A DNA stretch of 64,000 nt from Eledone cirrhosa (lineage: Eukaryota), in the NCBI GenBank assembly GCA_964016885.1, contig OZ024743.1, positions 118,172,001-118,236,000 of the forward strand, in the 5' to 3' direction. Shown piece after piece: positions 51,938 through 64,000 of this stretch (its first letter is position 1; the number at the start of each line of letters is the position of its first letter). The notes below the pieces were generated by a model. The model saw only the letters and a list, made by a program, of their open reading frames with translations. It searched no databases and had not been told where the DNA came from. A program made the translations under genes and the position numbers.

Positions 51938-52204
51938 GAAGTCATCACCTTTCTCTGCTCATCAGTAGTTGTTGAGAAATTAGCGATCACTATATATTTG
52001 TCGGTTCCATCATGTAGAGCTAATTTTAATGTCTTGTTAACCAGGCTGCAATTTTTAGTGGCATAGGCTTTCGAGACAAGCTGGATTCTGAAGACACGTG
52101 CGCTAATTCATATCGCACACAATTCAGTCTTCTAATATTTTTAGAAGTGGAAGGATCGCTAATTTCTCAAAAACTGCTGATGAGCAGAGAAAGGTGCTGA
52201 CTTC
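51938..52204. repeat. Inverted repeat with 51-bp arms (51938-51988 / 52154-52204)
   Basis: GAAGTCATCACCTTTCTCTGCTCATCAGTAGTTGTTGAGAAATTAGCGATC versus its near reverse complement. Confidence 0.92.
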
Positions 52205-52247
52205 CCTTAATAAAATGTTGCGAAACAGTTTCCAAAACTGTCTAGTT
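52172..52247 (+). ncRNA. Type I hammerhead ribozyme
   Basis: Stem I AACUG/UAGUU; CUGAUGA 52177-52183; stem II GCAG/UUGC; GAAA 52222-52225; stem III CAGUUU-CCA-AAACUG; GUC cleavage triplet ending at 52242. Confidence 0.8.
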
Positions 52248-52361
52248 GTACTTAAAACAAACAATATTGCTGTAGTTAGTAATTTTTCACCCTAGCAAAC
52301 CTAGTCCTTACGATTCGAACACATGTATGTTTATATTAGTGTTCATCTCTTTTGTTTATTC

Positions 52362-52401
<40 letters not shown>

Positions 52402-52482
52402 CCAAATATTAATATGGTTCATTGATTACTCAATGAATACAGTTTTACAATAGATTAAAAGCCAAATTTTCGTGGAGTTTTA

Positions 52483-52757
52483 ATATTATTCAAAATATTA
52501 ACAATTGAAGATATTCACATAATCAAAATATATGATTTTATATATGACATACCTCTACAGTCTTGATATTTCAATGTATGTACTGCCAATACAGGAATTG
52601 AAATATCAAGACTGTAGAGGTATGTCATATATCAAATCTTATATTTTATCTGAAGAGGACGTACTGAAAAAACAACACAGTACCTTCGAAACATATATAA
52701 TTAAGCATATATTTTGATTATGTGAATATCTTCATTTGTTATTATTTTGAATAATAT
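52483..52757. repeat. Nested inverted repeats
   Basis: Outer arms 52483-52534 / 52706-52757; inner arms ~52529-52575 / ~52597-52645. Confidence 0.9.
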
Positions 52758-52769
52758 ATATATATATAT

Positions 52770-52852
52770 ATAGGAACGAGTAGGACCCCGACGGCTGAGC
52801 TCAAGCCGTTTCGACGGCTAATAGCCGTCTAAACGGTCCTACTCGTTCCTAT
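52770..52852. repeat. T-shaped hairpin
   Basis: 18-bp stem ATAGGAACGAGTAGGACC / GGTCCTACTCGTTCCTAT enclosing two GACGGC...GCCGT hairpins. Confidence 0.9.
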
Positions 52853-52948
52853 TACCCACTCTACTACCCTAAGTATTGAGTACTTTGGTGCGTTATGGTC
52901 CATCTGGTTCCGGACCACATTTCCTTCGTTATATATATATATATATAT

Positions 52949-53174
52949 ATTAGAAATATAAGCTATCGCGGTATTTTGACTAAAGAAATTAAAGAAATTA
53001 TTTAGCCTGATAGTGGGGTTAAGAACCCTCGGAGAAATGGAAAAAGATGAGTATTGACATGTACGTCAATACTCATCTTTTTCCATTTCTCCGAGGGTTC
53101 TTAACCCCACTATCAGGCTAAATAATTTCTTTAATTTCTTTAGTCAAAATACGGCGATAGATTATATTTCTAAT
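52949..53174. repeat. Near-perfect palindrome, 110-bp arms, 6-nt loop
   Basis: Arms 52949-53058 and 53065-53174; two mismatches by eye. Confidence 0.97.
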
Positions 53175-53235
53175 TTCAAACCCGCTCGCTATTTCGAAAA
53201 TATTCTTACTTTATATATATACACACACACACACT

Positions 53236-53320
<85 letters not shown>

Positions 53321-53525
53321 GGAGAGATTGAGAGAGAGCGGAAGATTGACAAGTTGCTACACACTTCCCATGTACCAAATTCCACTCAAAATACATTGTT
53401 GATTAACTTAATCAATCGGAAGTAAGAATTGTTGCACACTGTGTCCTGTGGTTGTGGCAACATGTCCAGAACTTACGATTGCGAAACGAACGTTTTAACT
53501 ATGTATACGTTTTTAGCGTACCGTT

Positions 53526-53592
<67 letters not shown>

Positions 53593-53597
<5 letters not shown>

Positions 53598-53710
53598 ATG
53601 ATGGCTGCCCCCTCGCTATCGAGAAAAAAAAAAAATATATATATATATGTATATATATATTTTTTTTCTCGTGCAATGGCCGTACTCGATAGCGAGGGGG
53701 CAGCTATCAT

Positions 53711-53715
<5 letters not shown>
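53593..53715. repeat. Nested palindrome inside (TA)n
   Basis: TGATGATGATGGCTGCCCCCTCGCTATCGAG / CTCGATAGCGAGGGGGCAGCTATCATCATCA, with inner CGAG-An-(TA)n-Tn-CTCG. Confidence 0.92.
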
Positions 53716-53775
<60 letters not shown>

Positions 53776-54086
53776 ATATACATCTATCTGAAATAACACA
53801 ACATAGAAAAATATATAAGAAGTTAAAGAATTTTGGGAATTTCATTTACAGATTTTCAGACTGAAATCAAATATAATGAAACTGGAGATACTTTCTCTAT
53901 TAAAAACAAATATTTCTACTTCACTTTTCTACTATTTTAGATATTAAATATATACTGCAAAAAAAGGACTATTTACATGAATGGATAAATATATTTCTTG
54001 TCACACAAATATATACACACATACGTACAATATGTTAAGTCATAGTATATTATATTATATTATACATAGATACACACACACTCACA

Positions 54087-54139
<53 letters not shown>

Positions 54140-54835
54140 CCACATATATATATATATATACACTACCATAATACCCGTAAAAAATGATTGGTTTATATAA
54201 AATAATATTTAAATTAATAATTCCTTGTATTGCTTGGACGAGATTTCGGATCAACTTCATCTACTAACTCCTACTCAAATTTCTGACAGAGTACCTCAAT
54301 TGTCGCAATACGTCACACAGATAGCGGGAGAGGGGGGTGAGAGAGAGAGACGTAAAGAAAGAGAGTAGGGCAGAGGAGGTAGGTTGAGAGACTACACACA
54401 CTGAATAGAATGATAGGCTAAAATTGATATTGGGAAGCTGAGGCATGCATACACGCCTCACTTAAGAAATTGTCTTTTGAGGCAACACTATATACAGCAT
54501 TAGTACAAAGTTACATATTCTTCTCTTCATTCTTTCTCTTGCAATAAAGATATACGAAAATATATATTCCTATTCTTAATATTGTTTGTTTCTTTTTTCT
54601 CAAATCGTTACAAATACTCTATTATTGTGTAGATTAAATTTATCATTTTTCAATCTACTGGGAAATACTTAAATTTGACGCGTTGACATTATACATATTA
54701 TGCACAGCTATATATTTCTCATATATTTGAAATGTTATAAACTTAGCAAAATCATTTATTTACTTTTAATATTTCTCATTATTAACTTACTGTTCCGCAC
54801 AATTGGAAACATATACTTACAAATTTACCTCATTT

Positions 54836-54890
<55 letters not shown>

Positions 54891-55079
54891 ATCTCTCTCT
54901 CTCACTTTCTATCTCTCTCTGGAAGAAATCTGCTGTACTCACGCCTGGAGAGGGACGGGCTCCGCCAGGTTTGAACTGCCCCCCAAAATGCCGTATGTCA
55001 ATACGGCGCCCCTACAACTCTATCAGGAGTTACGGGACCACACATACATACATACACACATACATACATACATACATGG

Positions 55080-55690
55080 TGGCTACCAACTCGTTTTCGA
55101 GTACAGCCACTACTTTATATCCATGTAGGAGTACCCCTACCGATGCGCTGAACGAGTGTGACTTTTTAATCCAGCCAGCGACTTGAAAACTCTGGTACAA
55201 ACACTACACTTGTGACAATTATTGACACATAGTGCTGGGCCCATGGTACCATGTGACGGCAAGTGCAGAGAGATCTCCAGATATAAAGCAATGCCTGTGC
55301 CGTGAAGCTTTTATAGTGAGCAAAGGCACTGCACAAAGCCAGTCCCACTCTCTTAACCAAGATGATATTTACCAAAAAGAAGAACAAGTCAACATCATTG
55401 GATACCATCAGGGTTGCAGGTGTTATATCAGAGTTTTCCTTCTCCTAGAATTCTGCTTTGACAAAGGCTAAGGGGTCATCTCTCCCGGTGATTTTAGATG
55501 GCCATTGACTCTTAAGAGCTCCTTTGCCCTTTGACAGGTTTTGTTTTTAGTCCTACAGGATGTCCAAAGTCATCCTCCTCACCAAGAAACCTTGGTGGGG
55601 TTGCCAGTTTAGTCGCCAACGACACGACCATGAGACAGGTTGTACTGGGATACATGTTACCAGTAGCACCAACTGGTGACCTGACCTGAC
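55080..55690. repeat. Dispersed repeat homologous to 1250-1720, bounded by (CATA)n
   Basis: Shared GGTTGCCAGTTTAGTCGCC...GTTGTACTGGG...GACCTGAC and GCACA/GCCAGTCCCACTCTCT blocks. Confidence 0.6.
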
Positions 55691-55755
55691 ACACACACAT
55701 ACATACATACATACATACATACATACATACATACATACATACATACATACATACA

Positions 55756-55788
<33 letters not shown>

Positions 55789-56881
55789 GATGAGTACACC
55801 TCAAGTATTTGTATGTTACGTGTCCTTATAAGATTTTATCATACAACGTTTTTAATTTCAGAATCTATGAAATTATTTTATGGTGGCTGTTATGCAGATT
55901 AAGGTTTCGTTTTTTTAAACAATTTGAGATATTTTGAGATATTCTAGCACATGTTTACATGTAAAATAATATCCCACCAATAAATAATCCAATCAGTTGA
56001 AGTATTGATAAAGGTAACAAACGTGTTGCATCTATAAAAACGACAACAACAACAAAAATAACAAAAACATAGATTGCAGCATAAATTAAAGATTCATGAG
56101 AATACCTTACCTCGATGCCAACTGGTTTCATTTAACTAATGAAATGTATGATTCTTGCAATTAGTAAAAATTCTCGGTGTATAACGGATCGCTGGATTGT
56201 TTACCTTCATGAGTTGTTAAAGTTTCACTTGATTAGTGTTAATCTTTATCAGGAAAGTATTTTATTCATATGCATTGTTACCCGAAGAAATAGTAAAAGC
56301 TCTAGGAATCAGTTTTATAAAAGAGGGATATTAGGAGTAAATTTATAATAAAATACAACACCTCAACCACAACTTAGCAGAAACTACAAATTTAAACTTG
56401 CAGGCTGAATTTTTTTTTTTTATTAATATGAAAAAGGAAAGGAAACAACAGCTGATACCGAGATAGGACCAATGGAAGTGTTTCCACAGTGTTAGCTATT
56501 CTATATAATGTCTATATAATTCTATATAAAGTCTACAGCATATTACAACGTTGCTGGTTTTAGGAAAGATTTGATCTCAGAATCCACAGAGTCGGAATAT
56601 ACGCCTAAAGGCAACCCAGTCAACGCTCTAACACTTCTCCCAATCGCCCTTCATCGAAACAGGCATTTAGAGATGCAATCTTGGCTTTAGTGTGATTTGA
56701 TCCCATGGCGCAGAAAATTGGAAACAAAAGAAATTAGAAGCAAATAACAAAACTTTTAATCCGATATGCTAACAGCTCTCCAAAGTGGCTACGAAAAGAA
56801 AGTGAAACGTAAATCACTCCTATGCCAAACACTCATACAGGCGCGCGTGCGCGCACACACACACACACACACACATGTATG

Positions 56882-56922
<41 letters not shown>

Positions 56923-57095
56923 TTATATATATATATAAATGTATATATATATATAAATTTAATTTATAATAAATTGAAGGGAAAGCAACTGGTGCTTGTG
57001 TTTCTTATTGGCAACATTACCCTCCCAAAATATAACAATTTCGGTTTCAACACACGTTTTCAGATAAAGAATCTTGCTAAACAAATTCAGAAACG

Positions 57096-57139
<44 letters not shown>

Positions 57140-57718
57140 GCAAACATATATATTAATGTGTGTAGATATATGTTGCCGCGATATACAAATTGATAAATAA
57201 CTTTTCGAGGTATCAACATTTATAAAACATTATTTGTCAAAACATATAGCCACTATTAAGTTGTATATTTATATATATCTACATACATATACTTATACAA
57301 TGTGTATGCATATATCTATGGGTGTGTGTCTATACATAAGCATATATACATACATACGACAATACACAACCTCTTCCACATAGACAAGCAAACAAACACA
57401 CATGCACATACACACGTATGTATGTAACTATATGAAAGATAAATCTTGAAATGGAATGGTGTGTAATGTGACATAAAATTAGGCGATTGTGTTAACGAAA
57501 ATTTGAAATCAAATTTGACCTATATTCTGACAGGAGGAACTCAGCTGATAATTCCATAATTCCTGCTGTTATTGAAAACCGAAAAGTATTAAGTTTTTTG
57601 AATACCAAAAGAGAAATAAAAAATAAAATAAAAATAGAATACTTAAAATGATGAAAACTTTAAAATAAACAAAAATGAAAAGAAAACAAGAAACAAATTC
57701 GGTTTTATCTCACGTATT

Positions 57719-57768
<50 letters not shown>

Positions 57769-57769
57769 G

Positions 57770-60700
57770 AAAATAATGGTTTCATTTATTATTAGCCACA
57801 AGGGCCGAACATTGAGACAATACACAGACCAGGACAGTGGTGGTTTACATAAAATCGTGTAAAAAATGACAACAAAAACAATTAACAAAATTATATGAAC
57901 AGGAGAATTCACCAATAGGTGGTTACCACACAGGAGTGATGTCAGAAAACCCACAAATCCTAAACCACCCTCATCACCAACAGCATTGTAGGAAGGTCTC
58001 CTCTTTCCTTTCATCTTTCCAGCCTACGACCGCATGGTTTGAGTGGGCTTGTTCACATGGGCCATCCTCGCAAAATCACTTGTAGTATTTACCGGGTCAC
58101 ATCATCAGTCATGGCATGCCAAGCGTAAAGGGTGTTGACAACAGAAGGTCCCCCTCACAAGAGAAACCTCTCTTTTCCACAAAATTTTAAAAAGCATGCG
58201 TTGTAATTTGGTGCGATGTGAACCGGAGTAAGGCACGACGATCAGGTGGTAATAGATGACAGACGCCCTGTACGCATTGGCCACCTGCACATGATCATTC
58301 AGGGATAAATATCTCTTGGCCCAATCCTGACAGGGATGGCCTACCTGCTCTTTACCTCGTCACAGATCTTATCAACCTTAAGGTTTAAACTAAACCAGAC
58401 CCCGAGCAACGTCACCGGTCCGTCTGTCAAGCGTCCTGCAACGCTGTTAAATGAAATGGATTTGCCTCTTCAAGTGCCAAGCTGTTGACACACCGACTTT
58501 TTCGGGTAAAATAAGTAGCCGACTACCACTATTTTCGCCTTAGTGACTCGGGAGTCAGTATGTACAGAATGGAGAAAACAGGATGTCTTTGACGGACCAA
58601 GCCCATGATCTGTGCATTGCAGCTATCTAGCCTCTTTATAGATCAACTCTGCAGATGACGAATTTGTGCCCCTATGTTATTTTATTTTATTATACTATCC
58701 TAATCTAAAACCTGTCTATGTGGATGGTACACGTCTGCACTAGTGCATTTGGGAAATCTAATAGTTATTTTTCAGACATTTGGAACTGCCTGGTCAGGTT
58801 CGTAACGCTTTTGCACCCCCACTTTTTTCTATCGGCTACTCCCATACAATCCCAGTATGCGCCCAAGATGCCAACCCTGCTAACAGTAACGGTGACATAT
58901 TCATAGAAAGACTTCCAGGCGCCTGAAGAAAGCCGACTGTCCAGCTCCAGCCAGGGCGTCGACGGTCTAAAAGCAACATCTTTGCATGTCGGAAATCTTG
59001 GTCTGGTTGACGGCATCCATCGCTCATAAGCTGAGATCGTTGAGCAAGCGACCTTGCTCTCAGGACGACCCAAGGCCACGAACACTTATACTTCCTATTC
59101 ATAGAATTGCAATGTTGGCTGATTAGTTAAGTGTGAAAAACGGGTGGGGTGGGGGCTACTTCTCCAGCGGGTGCTGTGTGAGATGGGTGGTTCGATCTCC
59201 ATATCTGTTTGGGTTTCTTTTGAGAACTCCTTTAAAAGCCTACTCGTGGTTTTGAGATTAGATTTTGAGGATATTCTACGCTGTGGGGAAGCACCCCTTA
59301 ATATTCTTGTAGGCACCTGGCGACATTCGCATTATCATTAATATTTCAGGTACTTTAAAAGTGGCGGTACCGAAAATCTCCCCATCTCGCTCAATTTATT
59401 TACTTCGTGCTATGAGAGTCATCCATTCGTTGCTGGCCTTTCTCATTAGAGAAGATTGATATCTTTTTGGCGTGATGTTGTGCTGTTGGCGGTTTTGTTG
59501 TTGGTGAGGTTGGTGTTGAAATAGTTCTGTCCATATTTGTTTTGGTAGTAGTTCCTCTCTTTTCTGGAGTTTTCTGAGTAGTTTCTGTTGTTCAAATGTT
59601 GCAGGTGTTGTTTTTGTTTTGTTTTTGTTTCTAGGGGTTTTTGGGGTTTCCCCTCTTCCTTATTGCGAGAAGAGGAGACTTATGTATCTGAGTAATTTGA
59701 TTCAGAGTGCGTGATTGAGTGTGTTTGTGTGGGTGGTGTTTATTTGTTCTTGCTGTTGCTGTTGCTGTTGCTGTTGGTACTCTTTGTGGTTTTGTTGGAT
59801 TAACTGGTGGTGGTGCTTCTGCTGTTGTTGCTGTTGCTGTTGTTTCTGTTGTTTTTTTCTGGTGTTGGTGCTGCTTCTACGGTTATTGGTTTTGCTGTTG
59901 ATTTTGATGCTGCTATCAATGTTGGTGCCACTCTTGTTGTTGTTTCTTTTGAAAGTTGTTATTGTGACTTTCGGGTCCTCGTTCGGCAGAAAGTGGCAAT
60001 GTGATACCTTATCTTCTATGGAGGGCAGAAAGCTCGCAAATGATCTATTTTCCCACACAGATGACAACGAGGCTGTCTGCCATCAACTAATACCTGCACG
60101 TCCACATCACGTGGAATGGGAATGATGGATGTCAGCTAGACCCATAACAGTTTTTCCCTGGTTCTTTTCACTTCCAGGAATATGTTGCCTCCTGCTCGGA
60201 CGATGCAATTCAATATCCATCAGATATTCCCTTCCGGTGGCGTCCTTGAGGTTTTGACCCTTACCGTCCTTCTTCCTAAATAGGATGGGTAGAGCACATG
60301 CTTCTCGTTACAACAGGGTATTACGGAGGATTTGACGGCTAGGGCTTCACTTATATAAGGAAATGAAATGCCTGCACACTGCTTAGCCCTCGCAATGTGA
60401 AAATCGGGTGTTACCTCTTTCAGTGCCCTTATAACATCTCTCTGATTTTCTGGCTCCGGCCGTTTCGTGTTTGTGGACACGTATTCCTAAATCATATTGG
60501 GGGGGGGGGGGGGGGAGGCGTCAACACGTTGGGGTGGGAGCTACGGCAGCGCATAATTTTTCTACTTTTATTAGTTTGGCAAATATGTCTCCTTTTCTAT
60601 AATTTTCCTCACGAACAATTGAGTTCTTTTGGCACTCGTTGCTGCAAATATGCTTGTTGTTGTCGTTATTGTTGTAGTTGTCATAGTTGTTATTATTCTT

Positions 60701-61290
60701 GTTGCTAGTATTATTGTTGTTGTTATTGTTGATGTTGTTATTGTCGCTTTTATTCTTGCTGCCATGTATGTTGTTGTTCTTGTCTGTATTATGGGTATTT
60801 TTTATTTTTGTTTCTGTAATAGTTTTTGTTGTTGCAGCTGTGTTGGGATGGTGTTGGTGGTCGTTGTGTTGATATTAGTTCTATTGATTTTTGTTATTGT
60901 TTTATTTAGTTGCTCGTGTGAATGCGGTGTTAAATATTTTTTAAGGCGGGAAGCTCGCTTGTAATTCTCCATTCCAGAGTTGTTGTTGTTGTTCTTGTTG
61001 TTGCTGCTGCTGCTCCTGCTGCGGCTGTTACTGTTGTTCTTTGAACTTTGGCTGATCGATTTTGAGGAAAGCCTGCTGTTTTTGTTGTAGTTGCTGGTAA
61101 CAGGGGTGACGTTGGTGAACAGCCGACTGTTCTGTCTTGCGGGAAGAATGCATTTAAATACAGCGGAGGAATCTTTGTTGGCCACCATCTTATTTTGAAA
61201 AAATTATCGAGTGGATTGTTTGGAAAATGTACACAGGTGTAACTCCTAAGGGCTACTGGTAGAGTAAACCTAACCAGCTCCCGAATATAC
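57770..61290 (-). mobile_element. Old near-full-length L1/Tx1 relative with ORF2 deletions; 3' end runs into (AGT)n
   Basis: ORF1 remnants (start 61188; LYPSYLGRRTVRVK; TSRLLKEFSKETQTDMEIEPP). ORF2 remnants (WDCMGVADR; VANAYRASVIYYHL...CCQHPL). Minus-strand 3' end CGGCCCTTGTGGCTAATAAATGAAACCATTATT. (ACT)n at 57721-57767. 5' boundary approximate. Confidence 0.9.
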
Positions 61291-62444
61291 TGGTTACTTT
61301 AACTATAAAACAATATCAAATGTTAGATAGAATATGTTGGATAAAAATAGAATAACAATAAACTTACAAGAGCGATCTGCAATACGTTTCGACAAAGGAA
61401 CGAACAAGATAATATAAATAATAATAGTAATAAGATAAAATATAATGGTCATATTCTTAATGATATTTACTTCATTGGACACAAGGGAACAATGATACAA
61501 CATCATCATAAGATACGACACAATTTTTTTATTCGGTGTAAAAAAATAATGTTCAATGTTTCAGTAATAAAATTAAGTTGAAAACTATCAGAAATAATTT
61601 CTTTTCTTGCCACAAGGGCGATATATTCATTTGAAATAATTTTAGTAGAATATCACGAAACAAAATAATAATAATATTAATAATAATAATAATAATTGTA
61701 ATAAATGGAATCAATATTTCCACTACCACAATAAATTACAATCACCATCGTTGTCGTCTACATCATCATTTTCATTATTGTCATTATTATTATTATGACT
61801 ATTATTATTACTGTTGTTGTTGTTATCATTATTATTATTATTGTTGTTGTTGTTGACATCGTCGTCATCATCATCATTATCATCAACATCGTCATGTTCA
61901 TCATCATCATCATCATCATGTTAATATGTTCAAAGGAATTAAAAAAAAATAGGGTTTATTTTAAAACTTTTTAATTAGACAGTCATAAAGATACACTTAT
62001 GATATTTTGCGTGCGTTTGTATTTAGCAACTATCTGTATATGTATATTTTAATGTATATTTAGGAACGTGTGAGTATGTGTCTCTAAGCGTGTGTGTATA
62101 TATGTGTTTATGTATATGTCCGTATGGCTATGTATGTTTGAGTGTGTGGTTGTGGGTGTCTTTCCGTTTGTAATTTTTTTTAATTCTCTGATTGATAACT
62201 CTCTGGAGAAATTGTGTTTAGTTATTAATCTAATTGATGTTTTTATATTATAAAGAGAAGTCTGTTTTTGAAAATATAAAGAAAAATACAACATATAAAC
62301 AAATAATTAGATTATATATATATATATGTATATATTGTGTCTGTGTTTATGTATATATATATATATATGTATGTATAAATATATATATATAATATAAGTA
62401 TACATACATACATATATATATATATGTGTGTGTGTATATATCTC

Positions 62445-62508
<64 letters not shown>

Positions 62509-62661
62509 GCTAGAGCGATAGATAGATACATACATACATGCATACATACTAATATACGTTCTTTCAGAATCGGGTAGATGGAAAATGTGGTGTGGGAGTA
62601 ACATTTATAAACAAGCAAAAAATAATCACTAATACATACATATATATGCATACATACAAAC

Positions 62662-62752
<91 letters not shown>

Positions 62753-64000
62753 TTACATATATATATACATTTATATATAAACAAATATATATATATACAT
62801 ACATATATATATATATATACATTCATATATATATTTATGTATGTATATATATATATAAATAAATCTACTAAAACAACAACATATCAATGATATTAATGAA
62901 ATCCTTCATGTATTCTATTGTAGAAATGGATTGTAAATGTATTAATACACCGGCAGATTACCACCTGATGGCTTTTGTACTAATATTAATTTTACCACGC
63001 ATTGTGATCATATGAATATTTACAACATTAATTTCGCGTTTTAAAATATCTAAGTGTTTCACAATCGACTTAGATATTAGATCGATGAAAATACTCCCCC
63101 AACACGCACACATATGCGCCCGCGTATATATATATATATATATACATACTCACACAGGTACAGAGACCTCATGAAATTGATGAAATTGTTAATTTGAAAT
63201 TCATTAAAAATCATATCAAACATCTGTATTCAGATTAATCCTAATCAGCAGTATCCTTTAATGAGATATTATTAGGCATAGTGAATTTAAATATGTGTGA
63301 TATTGAAGATGTGATATTCATGAGTAAACCCGAAAGCTTTTCTTTGTCACTCTGTCAAAAAGCACGACCGATATTATTTTAGAATTAGTTACGTCGGCAT
63401 AATGCTCGTTCTCTTAAGCCCCTTCATCTTTATTGACATTTTCAGATTCCATCTAACTATCGAACTTCTACCTGTTTGCTCTGCATATGTATATATATGC
63501 TGCGGAATGTTTCTCATATCACTCATATTGAAAATACATTAGATAATGTGGCTCTTGTTGAAATCTTTATAAAAATAAAAAACAATCAGCATAAAACAAA
63601 TTGACGTAAGTGTCACTGATGGCTTGTCTTTGAACATTATTCTTCAGCAGGACTTAGGACAGGCTGCGCAATAAAGAAAAAAACCCATCAGTTTACAATA
63701 TGGCTGCCTGTTTTGTTTGTACTCCACAATCTCAGATATACGTCATCTTGTTCTTGATAATGAATGTCTATATTTTCAATTTTCATTACCTGTCTGGTTT
63801 GTTATACTTCTATTGTACCTTTTAAATTATCAAGAATTGTTTGTGATAGCGTGACAAAAACGGTATTGCAGAAAAATAAAAACATAAGTAATTTCCATTA
63901 CTAGGTGGGTTTAAATTTAACATGGCATTGACTTTCCATATTGAAATACAGTGTTTGACAAATATGTGCACGCTGTAATCGACTCTATCCATTCCTATAA

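Noticed and set aside
51938-52204. MITE with terminal inverted repeats
   Set aside because: No TSD is visible, and the right arm continues into a hammerhead that extends beyond the supposed terminus.

Overview
AT-rich eukaryotic DNA dense in microsatellites. The repeat content suggests an octopus or other cephalopod, which is inference. I can support no host gene. The dominant feature is a ~19.3 kb head-to-tail array of four L1/Tx1-type non-LTR retrotransposons (4510-23746) from two subfamilies. The copies are joined only by (ATT)n tails and sit inside an (AGT/AGC)n microsatellite; two have intact 1139-aa APE-RT-zinc finger ORF2s. Three older relatives lie elsewhere in the window. About eight tRNA-derived SINEs share with these LINEs a 3' stem-loop with a CUUGU loop followed by GAAAnC(ATT)n, which suggests a LINE-SINE partnership primed at ATT sites. 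Also present are decayed RTE-like and Penelope (GIY-YIG) elements, a well-formed type I hammerhead ribozyme (52172-52247) and a cluster of fold-back palindromes bordered by (TA)n (51.9-53.7 kb). All comparisons were made by eye.
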